Under the pieces are notes generated by a model that ran no database searches, was not told where the DNA came from, and saw nothing but the letters and a program-made list of their open reading frames with translations. Position numbers and translations under genes: made by a program. From assembly GCF_036365525.1 (NCBI RefSeq), contig NC_090379.1, forward strand, positions 19,254,792-19,318,791: a stretch of 64,000 nucleotides of DNA, in the 5' to 3' direction. This document shows, in pieces, positions 35,872-47,710 of the stretch (position 1 is its first letter; each line of letters begins with the position of its first letter). The stretch comes from Heterodontus francisci (lineage: Eukaryota).

Positions 35872-38269
35872 TCAACATCTACCCTGTCAAGCCTCCTCGG
35901 AATCTTGTACATTTCAATAAGATCATCCCTCATTCTTCTAAACTCTAATGAGTAAAGGCCTAACCAGTTTAGCATTTCTTGAAAAGTCAACTCTTTCATC
36001 CCAGGAATCAGCCTAGTGAATCTCTTTTGAACTGCCTCCAATGCCAGTATATCCTTTCTTAAATACGGGGACCAAAACTCTACAGTCCTCCAGGTGCAGT
36101 TTTACCAACACTCTGTGCAGTTGTAACAAGACTTCCCTATTTTTAAACTCCAACCCCCTAGCAATAAAGGCCAAAATTCCATTTGCCTTCTTAATTACTT
36201 GCTGTACCTGCATGTTAACTTTGTGTTTCATGCCCAAGAACACCCAGATCCCTCTGTGCTGCACATTTTTGAAGTCTCTCTCCATTTAAATAATAGTCTG
36301 CCTTTTGATTCTTCCTACCAAAGCGCATGACCTCACACTTTGCTACATTAAACTCCACCTGCCAAGTTTTTGCCCACTCACTCAACCTATCTATATCCCA
36401 TTTGCAGATTCCTCATGTACTCATGACAACATGCCCTTCCACCTATTTTTGTACCGTCAGCAAATTTGGATATATTGCACTCTACCCTTCCTTCAAATCA
36501 TTAATATAGATAGTAAACGATTGAGGCCCTAGGACTGATCCTTGTGGCACTCCACTAGTTACATCCTTCCAACCTGAAAAAGACCCATTAATCCCGATTC
36601 TCTGTCTGCTGTGAGTCAACCAATGCTCAAGCCGTGCTAATACATTACCCCCAATACCGTGAACTCCTATCTTGTGCAATAATCTTTTATGTGGCACCTT
36701 ATCGAATGCCTTCTGGAAATCCAAATACACTACATCTACCGGTTCCTCTTTTATAAACTCTGCTTGTTATATCCTCAAACAACTCTAGCAAATTTGTCAA
36801 ACATGATTTCCCTTTTACAAAACCATGTTGACTCTGATTGATTACGTTAAGCTTTTCTAAATGTCCTGCTATTTCTTCCTTAATAATGGACTCTAGCATT
36901 TTCCCAACGACCGATGTTAGGCTGACAGGCCTATAGTTTCCTGCTTTTTGTCTCCCTCCCTTCTTGAACAGGGAGGTCACATTAGCGGTTTTCCAATCCA
37001 GTGAGTTCTGGAATATTTCGACCCTTGCCTCCACTATCTCTGCAGCCACTTCCTTTAAAACCCTTGGATGTAGGCCATCAGGTCCTGGCGACATGTCTGC
37101 CTTTAGTCCCATTAGTTTGTCAAATACTTTGTCCCTCGTGATAGAGACCAAGATCTTACCTCCCATTAGCTCCTTGCTTATCTAATATCTGTGGGATGTT
37201 TATAGTATCCTCCACCATGAAATATTGGTTTAAATTATCTGCCATTTCCCTGTTCCCTGATATAAGTTCCCCAGTCACATCCTCCAAGGGTTGCACGCTC
37301 ACTTTAGCTATACCTATAGAAGCTCTTGCTGTTTGTTTTTATATTTCTTGCCAATTTACTTTCATAATCAATTTTCTCTTAGTTTTTTAGTCATCTGCTG
37401 CTGGTTCCTAAAAAATTCCTAATTCTCTGGCCTACCACTGGCTTTTGCTTCTTTGTATGTCTTAGTTTTTGATTGGATACTCTCCTTGACTGCCTTTGTT
37501 ATCCACGGTTGGTTCATCCCTCTCATCGAGTCCTTCTTTTTGACCAGCATAAATTTTTGCTGAGTGTTATGAAATATCTGCCTAAATGTCTGCCACTGCT
37601 CATCCACTGACCTTCCCATTAGTCTATTTTCCCAGTCCATTTTAGACAACTCTTTCTTCATATCTCTAATTGCCCTTGTTTAAGTTGAGGACACTGGTTT
37701 GACACCTGAGTTGCTCACCCTCAAACTGAATTTGAAATTCTACCATGTTGTGATTATTACCCCCTAGAGGATCCTTAACTACGATATCTGTTATTAATCC
37801 TACCTCATTACACATTACTAGATCTAAAATAGACTGTTTCCTGGTAGGTTCCAAGTAACAATCCCTGATGCACTCTACAAATTCATCTTCCATGTTACCT
37901 CTGCCAATCTGATTTGTCCGCTCAATATGCAGATTAAAATCACCCATGACAATTGTAGCGCCCTTCTTACATGCCTCCGTTATTTCCCAATTTATACTTT
38001 GTCCTACAGTGACAACTCTTCGGAGGCCTATAGATGGCTCCCACCCGTGACTTCTTCCCCTTGCTATTCCTTATTTCCACCCAAACTGATTCCACATCAC
38101 TGTCTATTGCACCTGTATCACTACTCACCACCGCACTGATACCTTCCTTTATTAATAAAGTTACCCCACCTCCTTTTCATTTTTGCTTATTTTTCCGGAA
38201 CGTCGAATCCCGTTGAATATTGAGTTCCCAGTCTTGGTCACCCTGCAACCACGTCTCTGTAATAGCTAT

Positions 38270-38403
38270 AATAAAAGCAAAATACTGCGGATGCTGGAAA
38301 TCTGAAATAAAAACAAGAAATGCTGGAACCACTCAGCAGGTCTGGCATCTGTGGAAAGAGAAGCAGAGTTAACGTTTCGGGTCAGTGACCCTTCTTCGGA
38401 ACC
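38270..38403 (-). mobile_element. Short PLE pseudo-LTR insertion with hammerhead motif
   Basis: Perfect 15-bp TSD ctctgtaatagctat (38255-38269, 38404-38418). Minus strand GGTT-CCGAAGA-A-GGGTC-ACT-GACCC-GAAAC-GTT-AACT. Confidence 0.88.
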
Positions 38404-39449
38404 CTCTGTAATAGCTATCAAGTCATAATCATTAATTTCTATTTGTGCCGTCAACTCATCTATCTTGTTACAAATGCTGCTGCATTCAGATAAAGAGCCT
38501 TAAGCTTTGACTTTTTGTCATTATTACTCATTCTGGTTCTAATTTCTGCTGCACTCTTCTGCTTATATTTTCTGCCTCTTCCTGCCAAACTTTGATTACC
38601 GTTCGCCTCTTCACTACCCTGCACCTCTGTTCTCGTTTCTTTTTGATTTTTTAAAACTTCCCTTCAATTGAATCCTCGCCCCCCCACTAATTAGTTTAAA
38701 GTCCTATCTACAACCCTAGTTGTACGATTTACCAGGACACTGGTCCCTGCTCGGTTCAAATGGACCCAGTCCCAACGAAATAGCTCTCTCCTTCCCCAGT
38801 ACTGGTGCCAGTGCCCCATGAATTGGAACCCATTTCTTCCACACTAATCTTTGAGCCATGAGTTTATCTCTCTAATCTTATTTGCCCTACGCCAATTTGC
38901 ACGTGGCTCAGGTAATAATCCAGAGATTATTACCTTTGTGGTTCTGCTTTTTAATTTAGCCCCGAGCTGCTCATAGTCCCTCAGCAGAACCTCTTTCCTA
39001 GTCCTACCTATGTCGTTGGTACCTACATGGACCACAACAACTGGATCCTTCCCTTCCCACTCCAAGTTCCTCTCCAGCCAGAAGAGATGTCCTTAACCTT
39101 GGCACCAGGTAGGCAGACAGCCTTCGGGACTCCGTCTTTGCTGCAGAGAGCAGTATCTATTCCCCTAACTATGCTATCCCCTATTACTACTACATTTCTC
39201 TTTTCTCCCCCCACTTGAATGGTGCTCTGAACCACGGTGCTGTGGTCAGTTCGCACATCCTCCCTGCAGCCTGTGCCCCCGTCCACACCGGGAGCAAGAA
39301 CCTGATAACCATTGGATAAGGGCACTGGCTGAGGCTCCTCCAAAGCTAAATTCTGGATCCCCATACCTGCCTCTCCCATAATTCTGTTACTTAGTATTTT
39401 TAAGCAGATAGCATGTTATACATAATTCAATATTCTTGCACACTGTATT

Positions 39450-40465
39450 CTCCACATTTCCACCTACCCCCAATAACCTTCCACCTCCTTGCTTAACAAG
39501 AATGTATCTACGTTTGTCTTAAAAATATTCAAAGACTCTGCTTCCACTGCCTTTTGAGGAAGAGAATTCCAAAGACTCACAACCCTCAAAGAAACAATTT
39601 CTCCTCAACTCCGTCTTAAATGGGTGACCCCTTATTTTTAAACAGTGACCCCTAGTTCTAGATTCTCCCACAAGGGGAAACACCTTTCCACATCCACCCT
39701 GTCAAGACCCCTCAGGATCTTATGTTTCAATCAAGTTGCCTCTTATTCTTCTAAATTCCAGCAGATACAAGCCTAGCCTGTCCAATCTTTCCTCGTAAAA
39801 CAGCCTGCCCATTCCAGGTATTAGTCTAGTAAACCTTCCATGTATTGCCTCCAACGCATTTACATCCTTCCTTAAATAAGGAGACCAGTACTGTACACAA
39901 TACTCCAGATGTGGTCTCACCAATGCCCTGTATAGCTGAAGCATAACCTCCCTACTTTTGTATTCAATTCCCCTCGCGATAAACGATAACATTCTATTAG
40001 CTTTCCTAATTATGTGCTGTACCTGCATACTAACCTTTTGCGATTCATGCACTAGGACACACAGATCCCTCTGCATCTCAGAGCTCTGCAATCTTTCACC
40101 ATTTAGTTAATATGCTTTTTTATTCTTCCTGCCAAAATGGACAATTTCCCACATTATACTCCATTTGCCAGGTCTTTGCCCACTCACTTAACCTATCTAT
40201 ATCCCTTTGTAGCCCCCTATGTCCTCTCTTTCCTACCTATCTTTGTGTCATCAGCAAATTTAGCAACCATACCTTCAGTCCCTTCATCCAAGTCATTTAT
40301 ATAAATTGTAAAAAAGATGAGGCCCCAGCACAGATCCCTGTGGCACGCCACTGGTTACATCTTGCCAACTAGAAAATGACCCATTTATGCATATTCTGTT
40401 TCCTGTTAGCTAGCCAATCTTCCATCCATGCCAACATGTTACCCCCGACATCATGAGCTTTTATT
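39450..40465 (-). mobile_element. CR1 RT/3' fragment
   Basis: [24 protein letters not shown] and LEFRRIRGNLIET. Confidence 0.88.
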
Positions 40466-42050
40466 ATTGCTTTTCTGATCTCAAGTACTGTTTCCTCCAA
40501 TTTTAAAACACCCAGTTCAAACCTCTGCAACAGCCTGTTAGTCATGTGACTAAAACTGGCCCGACCACTTCGGTGTTTTGGGGAAGCAACTACTGGGTCC
40601 CCATTGTTTCAACATTGTCTGTTACTGTGCAAAAATGTCTTCCTAGTCAGGGGCTTGCACTTTTTATGTTTTAATGTGTGCCTCAGTATTGGCAGGTGGG
40701 GGCTTGCCTGACACACACTATTGCGCTAATACCATCATTAATTAACAGAACTACCCCTCCACCTTTTCCTAGCTTCCTGTCCTTCCGAAATGCTATGTAC
40801 CCTTCAATATTCAGGTCCAAATCTATCTATTTATGCAGCTATGTCTCTGTAATGGCTATCAGATCGTACTCATTTATTTCTATTTGTGCTATTTGCTATT
40901 TACGGCAGCCAATCTTTACAGTCTCACTTTTATTTAAAGTGAAACATTATAAGCAGACACCTGCTAACTCAACTACATGCTGGTGTCTCTTTTTATCTCT
41001 TTAAAACTTAACTTTTCAGTTGGCCCAAAAAGGAGGGACCTAAGTGCCCCTAATGGAGGGGGATCACTAATATCTAGTATCAAAAACCAAAAACTTTAAA
41101 AGGAGACTGAATTCAAATTAAAATAACATTCCCAGGGTGATACACTCCAGTCCCCCCTGTGCCCACTGGTCATGGAAGAGTGTCTCTTTATATCTGCTCC
41201 CATGAAACCCAATTAGTGCCCTCCAACTGCATATAACCTAAACACAATTGATATATAATTAACAACAGGAGCGGAAAAGGTAGCAAATTAAAACATAAAA
41301 CATTTCTCACATCTGCCCAAAATGCCTTTTCTAGTGAGGTTAAATCTTTTATTGCTCAGAAATTAAGATATTGCTTCTCTGCCCTTTTCACCAAAAGGTC
41401 ACACATCCTTGTAAAGACCAGGGCAGTATTGGGTGGAATAGTATTAACTGATTGTGAAAGGGGAGTGCACACCGTTATCATCCAGCTCACGGTGAATGGC
41501 AGCCGAAGCTCAAAACTAAAGAAATCTATAAGCATCATTTGATTTCTGTAAGGTAGTCTTGTATGCATAAAATAGACTCCACTTTAATGTGCTTTCTACT
41601 GTATGTATAGGTATGCTGCATAAGGCACAATATAGGTTATGGTTATCTTGGCTATCTTTTGAAACACCATCATTACTCCAGCATAGTCTCTGTAACCACT
41701 CCACTAGTTTAGCAAGCGATACATTTTGTATTGGGACAGAAAAGAAAGAGCGAAGCTGGTGTGGGAAATGGGGGAAAAAAAATCTTCAGTTGGCAGGGGT
41801 GGGATTTTTTTGTGGATTAGGCAGAACATAACCTTTACTCTGCATCCTAACTGCACCTGATACTGAAAGGACTCACACTGAGTTAATTTTCTCAGTAATG
41901 CATTACCAAAAAAAACTTTACTGTTTTAATAAATGATTTTACATTTGCTTTGTAAAGTTCGTATTCAGTAGGATAGCATTTGAAGTTCTGCAGCTAACAA
42001 GTGCATAATCCACAAGTGCTGAATCTCTCCTTTACTTGTATTCCAAATAG

Positions 42051-42128
42051 GAAACAAACTCATCAAATTTTGGTCTCCACAACTCCTTCTGAGAATGTTA
42101 TTACCATAAATGAGCCAGAAGAAGCTAG
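42051..42128 (+). CDS. BBOF1: BBOF1 penultimate coding exon
   Basis: Acceptor tttacttgtattccaaatag, donor gtaaga. 78 nt, phase 2/2, open frame KQTHQILVSTTPSENVITINEPEEA. Protein similarity is weak, so the call rests on phase, size and position. Confidence 0.75.
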
Positions 42129-43661
42129 GTAAGAATCTAAAACATAATAGTGCCTTGCAAGTTATTGTTGGGGATTAAAATTCAGCCATGATGTAATTTA
42201 ATTCTGTATTTTCATGAGCATAGCAATTAAGAGTTACCACACATTATGGGGGATGCAGCAGCACAAATGATTGAAGCTATCCACATGTAGGAGATGGTGG
42301 TGGCCTCAAGATGGTGATTTGCCCAAGCCTGTGTTTCCATCTTTCCCGCACCCAGATGGCCTATTACTTGTACTGGCACCAACAATACTTTAGCAAGTTC
42401 GGCATAATTCTCTTGCAGCTTCTAGCTTGACACTTCTCCCATAATTCTGTTACTTAGTATATCTTAGCAGATAGCAAAGCAGCTGTTCATCTTGAAGGTT
42501 GTTGGGTGCATTACTGGGGACAGGACAGGGGGGAGGGGGTCAGAGAAACCTCCAACTTCCATTTTTTTTTTAAATTGCAAGTATTTCCTCTTTGGTGGTT
42601 TTCCCAAGCTGCAGGGCATTTGTGGTTGAAAGCAGTCCAGATCTGCCAGTACTGCGCAGAAACTAGTATAGGGAGTGGGAAAGGGGAAGAAACTCCTCAT
42701 CTGATTTTATTCTCACCTCACCCCCACTACTGAAGTCGGGAATCAGACGCAGTGTAAATAATAGAAACAAACCCAGAATCCCACCACTCCCTGTCCGTTC
42801 TCCAATATTTATTGCTGGGGAAATTTTAAAGACTGAAAATCAAAAGAACTGGCCAGCATATAAATACAGAAAATGCTGGAGCTTCACAGTAGGCCAGTCA
42901 ACACCCAAGAGAAAAATGTTGGCAACTATTCCTGTGGGGCCCTTTATCAGAACCACTGAGTGACTTGTGTATTCCCAACATTTTTCTTTTTATCTCTATT
43001 TATGCAGTCATAGGGGAGTAGAGGGGTAGTTTAATACATTGTAACTCACTAAAAGATTAGAAATGCATCACATAGAATGTGTGTTGGGTAAATGCTATTT
43101 CCTACTGACTAACCCACATTTTTGATTATTTTCCGATGTACATTACAGTGGGGAATGGACTTCCATGGTGGGAGTGAATCACAACACATGGAAGGTGAAC
43201 CAATACTCCCTACTGGAGTGGAAACATCATGGGTGGCCAGTATAGTACTTTCCTAAAACTATAAGAAATGTTCCTCCCATTTTTAAAACTCTTCCTGCAA
43301 CATCTCAATCCCTCAACCAAAGGTACTCTAAAACCTAGGTCGTAGACAAGAGTTGATCTCCGCTCAGTGCCACTATTGAGAACAAAAGTTCAGCATACAA
43401 AAATGAATGCATTTGCAAATCAAACGAGTAATATATGAACGGAGAACATTTCACCACATTGATAAGCTCTATATATTAGTCTCAAGAAGTTAATGAACAG
43501 ATTCTAGGCAGGGCAGCTGGACAGAAACTTAGCAATTTAGGAAGTTGAGGACTAGGTCTGTTCAGGGTTTCTGCACAATTCTAATGGCTTATTTTTGTTT
43601 CTACTGTTTTGTGTTTCCATCTCATTTCAAAAGTCTGACTTAAACATTATTTTCTTCACAG

Positions 43662-43788
43662 CACTCAAGACGAGAACCACAGTTCCACCTTTATCACCCA
43701 GGCTCCTGTTGAGTCCGAATCAAACCGCATCAGTTTATCAAGTTTTCAGCTGTCAAAAGAAATATTACCAAATATTTTGTTAAAATAA
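43662..43788 (+). CDS. BBOF1: BBOF1 terminal coding exon (to TAA)
   Basis: Acceptor ttttcttcacag. Encodes TQDENHSSTFITQAPVES...EILPNILLK*, with the FITQ and LPxI motifs of the BBOF1 C-terminus. Phase matches the preceding exon. Confidence 0.82.
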
Positions 43789-43859
43789 ATTATATAAGTG
43801 AGCAGCAGTTTAACATTGCATTAGTATCCCAAAATGTGCATTTGGAAAAAGTCATTAAA
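43784..43859 (+). promoter_or_regulatory. Candidate BBOF1 polyadenylation signals
   Basis: AATAAA at 43784-43789 overlaps the stop codon. ATTAAA at 43854-43859 is followed by a T-rich tract near 43885-43910. Confidence 0.45.
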
Positions 43860-44279
43860 AATGCAATTTAAAATGAGCATAAAATTTTATTTCCTGTTTA
43901 TTTAATTTTTATACCTCAAGTGTTAGGGCTTCAAAAAGCATGTAATTTAAATAGACAGGACAGAATATGTTAGAGCACTGATAAGCAAAGGCAGGGGAGT
44001 GGGGAATCTCTTTCATTTTATCACTCCACTGAGTTGGAATCTCTGCTGCACTACTCCAGGAAGAAGCCAAGTAGATGTCTGGTGTATACACTGAAGGGTG
44101 TGAAAAAAAACCACATAGGACAGTGGTGGTGGTCTCCAGTCAGTTTTTAGCAGTCAATTAAGACTGTGAGCAGGCTGTTCACTCCAAAGACACAGGATAT
44201 GAATGGCAATGGAAGAAACCTTGGTGGGAATGCATCAACACTGGAATAGATCCATTCTGTCATGTACTCTTGTTGCCTA

Positions 44280-44760
44280 CTATTTAGAACTCCAGCATCT
44301 TCACTGAAGCCAATGATTATGCGAAATCAGCTCCTCTGGTCTGGACACTGCATCCACATGCCAAATAATAGGCTTTTGAAGCAGATCCTCTTCTCACAAC
44401 TTAAGGACCCGATCTCATGGAGGACAGAGAAAATGTTTTAAGGACACTCTGAAGACCTCACTGAAAGGGGACAAATTGATATCAGGGCGTAGGAGGAACT
44501 TGCCACAAACCCCATCATGTGGCACTGCCTCATCTAACAAGCTGCAGCAGTCAGAAACTGACCACATAAACTCTGCTGTGGAGAAGAGATGCAAGTGGAA
44601 GGAGAGCAGAACCCTGGCTTGAGAACCCCCCACTTGCTCAAGGCAACTATTGCCCTCTCTGTCCAAAGACCTGTAGCTCTAGCATTGGCCTGTTGAGTCC
44701 CTGAGGACACACAAATCACAAATGCCTGGCAGATAGCATCCTCATTTTGAGGGACTGACA
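44280..44760 (+). mobile_element. Old RTE-clade LINE 3' fragment
   Basis: QILFSQLK..HGGQRKCFKDTLKTSLK, typical of an RTE C-terminus. Confidence 0.6.
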
Positions 44761-45179
44761 ACAACCACATAGATGCTACAACTTGAAAGCCTTTTCCATT
44801 GAAGTCCTGCACCTATGTCTGCTAGTAATGTCAGCAAAAGGGAGCTGAGCCAAAAAATCTCAGCACTACATGTCTTAAATGTTTAATTTGTGTTCTAAGC
44901 TCTTTGAAGAAACAAAGATTGACTCATCTACCAGTTCCAGTTCAGTGCTACTCGGGCTAGAGGAAAAAATAAATTTAAACAAATCTACGAGCATTAAAAA
45001 AAACCTATTAAACCTCATGTCAAGGTAGATCGTCTTAGATACTAACTCTTAAACAGTTCATAATTAGCAGATCCCAGAAACATTATAGTCTATATCTCAA
45101 AACTCATGTTAATTCTCTTATAGGTGTAGAATACAGTTTGACTGAGGTGGGGAGAAAGAGGGGAGCGTATTAAGCTACA

Positions 45180-45347
45180 AAAAACAGATTAACATTTCAG
45201 GTCAATGACCCTTCATCAGATCAATTCTGAAGGGGCATTGACCTGAAATGTTTTTCTCTCTCCACTCAGCTGTCAGACCTGCTGAGTATTTCTGGCATTT
45301 TCTACTTTTATTTCATATTTCCAGTATCTGTAGTATTTTGCTTCCCA
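45180..45347. mobile_element. Short fold-back PLE derivative with two head-to-head hammerhead-like motifs
   Basis: aacatttcaggtcaatgacccttcatcag-atcaatt-ctgaaggggcattgacctgaaatgtt. Approximate TSD tattaagctaca / tattaagattaca. Confidence 0.7.
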
Positions 45348-45917
45348 TATTAAGATTACAGGATGGCTCTTGGGGTGATATGGAAACCTTTGAAGAGAGC
45401 CCCAGATTATGCAAGTGAGGGAAGATACATGAATAGCAGTCTTGGCTGATCATAACTGGAGTTTTAATTTATTTTTAATAAACAGCCAGCAATACTGGCG
45501 AGCTTTGGATGAGTAGTAGTGCATTGCACCGGAGATTCCCTCAAGTGGTTAGAGGCAGCACTAACTAGGATGGTGATGGGACCAACAGATGCTACTTGGA
45601 GTGGGTGCTTATTGGTGATATTGATCTTGTTCTATGCTCCTGCTCCCTACTAAGAAACCTGGCAGAACCAGAGATATGGGGTTTTAAGAATGAGAAATAA
45701 TTCAGAGAGTTTAAGTTAAAGTTGGCTTTTAAGAAAAATACAGATATAGTTGACTAGCCAAGGAATGAGGTCTTCTGTTAGAAATGATGGGCAAAATTTA
45801 ATTTAATTGATTAATTAGCACAGTTAACCTGTTATCTGAGTTACTCGGAAAAGAGTGACATTTTTCATGGTGTATACACATTCAAAGGTGCAACGGATAA
45901 GAAAGACTTAGATAATA

Positions 45918-46260
45918 GGGCGGCACAGTGGTTAGCACCGCAGCCTCACAGCTCCAGCGACCCGGGTTCGATTCTGGGTACTGCCAGTGTGGAGTTTGCA
46001 AGTTCTCCCTGTGTCTGCGTGGGTTTCCTCTGGGTGCTCCGGTTTCCTCCCACATGCCAAAGACTTGCAGGTTGATAGGTAAATTGGCCATTAGCAATTG
46101 CCCCTAGTATAGGTAGGTGGTAGGGAAATTTAGGGACAGATGGGGATGTGGTAGGAATATGGAATTAGTGTAGGATTAGTATAAATGGGTGGTTGATGGT
46201 CGGCACAGACTCTGTGGGCTGAAGGGCCTGTTTCAGTGCTGTATCTCTAAACTAAACTAA
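45918..46260 (+). mobile_element. HE1-type V-SINE
   Basis: Head, V-domain and tail present. Ends (ctaaa)n. Confidence 0.9.
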
Positions 46261-46894
46261 TAGACCAGTCAATCAGTTGTGGCATTTCCCATGTAGCCTT
46301 CAGGTGAAGTGGTGTTAGAAGGTGGGGGCTATTCAGATCAAGACATACAGGCATAATTTAGCTCCCATTTCAAGTCATCCATTGATTTTACATTATACTT
46401 TGATTTTATATTGTATCTAATAATCAAAACTCAATCCAATTTGAGGACAGCAGTTTCTCTGTAGTACAGGCTGAGGAACTAAGGCACACTACACTGAACT
46501 GCTGCAGTAATTACAGCATAACAAGTTTACATAGAAAGTTTCCATTATAAGTGTGGACATGAGAATTTATAATGAAAAAAGCTGACAAAAAATTGTAACA
46601 AAAATAACAGGAAGTAAAGGTTTTGAGAACAGTACGTACCTAAAGACTAGATTATTAATAGATAGGATAAAAGCCAGATGACCCATGATTGTCATGTAGT
46701 TTGTACTAAAATGAAGTTCCACAACTTAATCTTCCAAAGAATCAAAATGTATTAACACAAAAACTAAAATAGCACAAAAACACCTGGATATCATTCAACT
46801 CATTAAAATGTAAACAGAGGGATTAAATATAAATGTACATGGTTTCTTAATTTAAAGACCATGCTTTTTTGTACCACGATAAAGCAATGGCATG

Positions 46895-47710
46895 AGACCA
46901 CAACCCTTACTTGGAACATACACTGTTTTTCCTTCATTGTCACACTGGAGATCAAAATCCTGAAATTCCCTGCTTAACACCATTGCAGGAGCACCATAAG
47001 GACTGTAGCAGCTCAAGGTAGCCCGCCCATTTCAGGACGAATTGGGATAGGCAATAAACACAGATGTGCCAGCAGTTCCCCATATCCAGAGAGCAAAAAA
47101 AAACATTCTGCAGATTACACCAGTCCAAAGCCTTGCTGCACAAGGAGTGCTATATAATTATAAATTCTTGCCAATTCTGTGGCGAGTAACTCACCTCCTG
47201 ACTCCCAAAGCCTTTCCACAATCTACAAAGCACAAGTCAGGAGTGTGATGGAATACTCTTCACTTGCCTGGTTGAGTGCATCTCCATCAACACAAGAAGC
47301 TCAACACCATCCAGGGCAAAGCAGCCGTTTGATTGGCACCCCATCCATCCCCTTAAATGTTCACTCCCTTCATGACTGCTATCCTGTGGCTGCAGTGTGT
47401 ACTATTTACAAAATGCACTGCAGCAACAAACCAAGGCTTCTTCTATAGCACCTTCCAAACCTGCGACCACTACCACCTAGAAGAAGGGCAGCAGGCGCGT
47501 GAGAATACCACCGCCAAGCCGTACACTATCCTGACTTGGAAATATATCACTGCTCCTTCATCGTTGCTGGGTCAAAAACCTGAAACTCCCTACCTACATC
47601 TCAGATTTCAGTGGTGGCTCATGACTACCTTCAAAAGGGCAATTAGGGATGAGTAAAAAATGCTGGCCTTGCCAGCAACACCCCACATCCCAAAAAATTA
47701 ATAAAAAAAT
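46895..47710 (+). mobile_element. Two LINE family B 3' fragments
   Basis: IYKAQVRSVMEYSSLAWLSAS. Tails at about 47100 and 47705. Confidence 0.8.

Larger units (their letters stand above)
35432..39372 (-). mobile_element. Near full-length CR1 LINE, decayed
   Basis: ORF1 esterase (VVVIGDSIVRG, VVHVGTNDIG), APE (MGDFNLHI), RT ([23 protein letters not shown]). Tail at 35432. Confidence 0.92.

Noticed and set aside
38844-39379. Host SGNH/GDSL esterase gene (also 14665-15069)
   Set aside because: It lies immediately upstream of APE-RT and is the CR1 ORF1 esterase domain.
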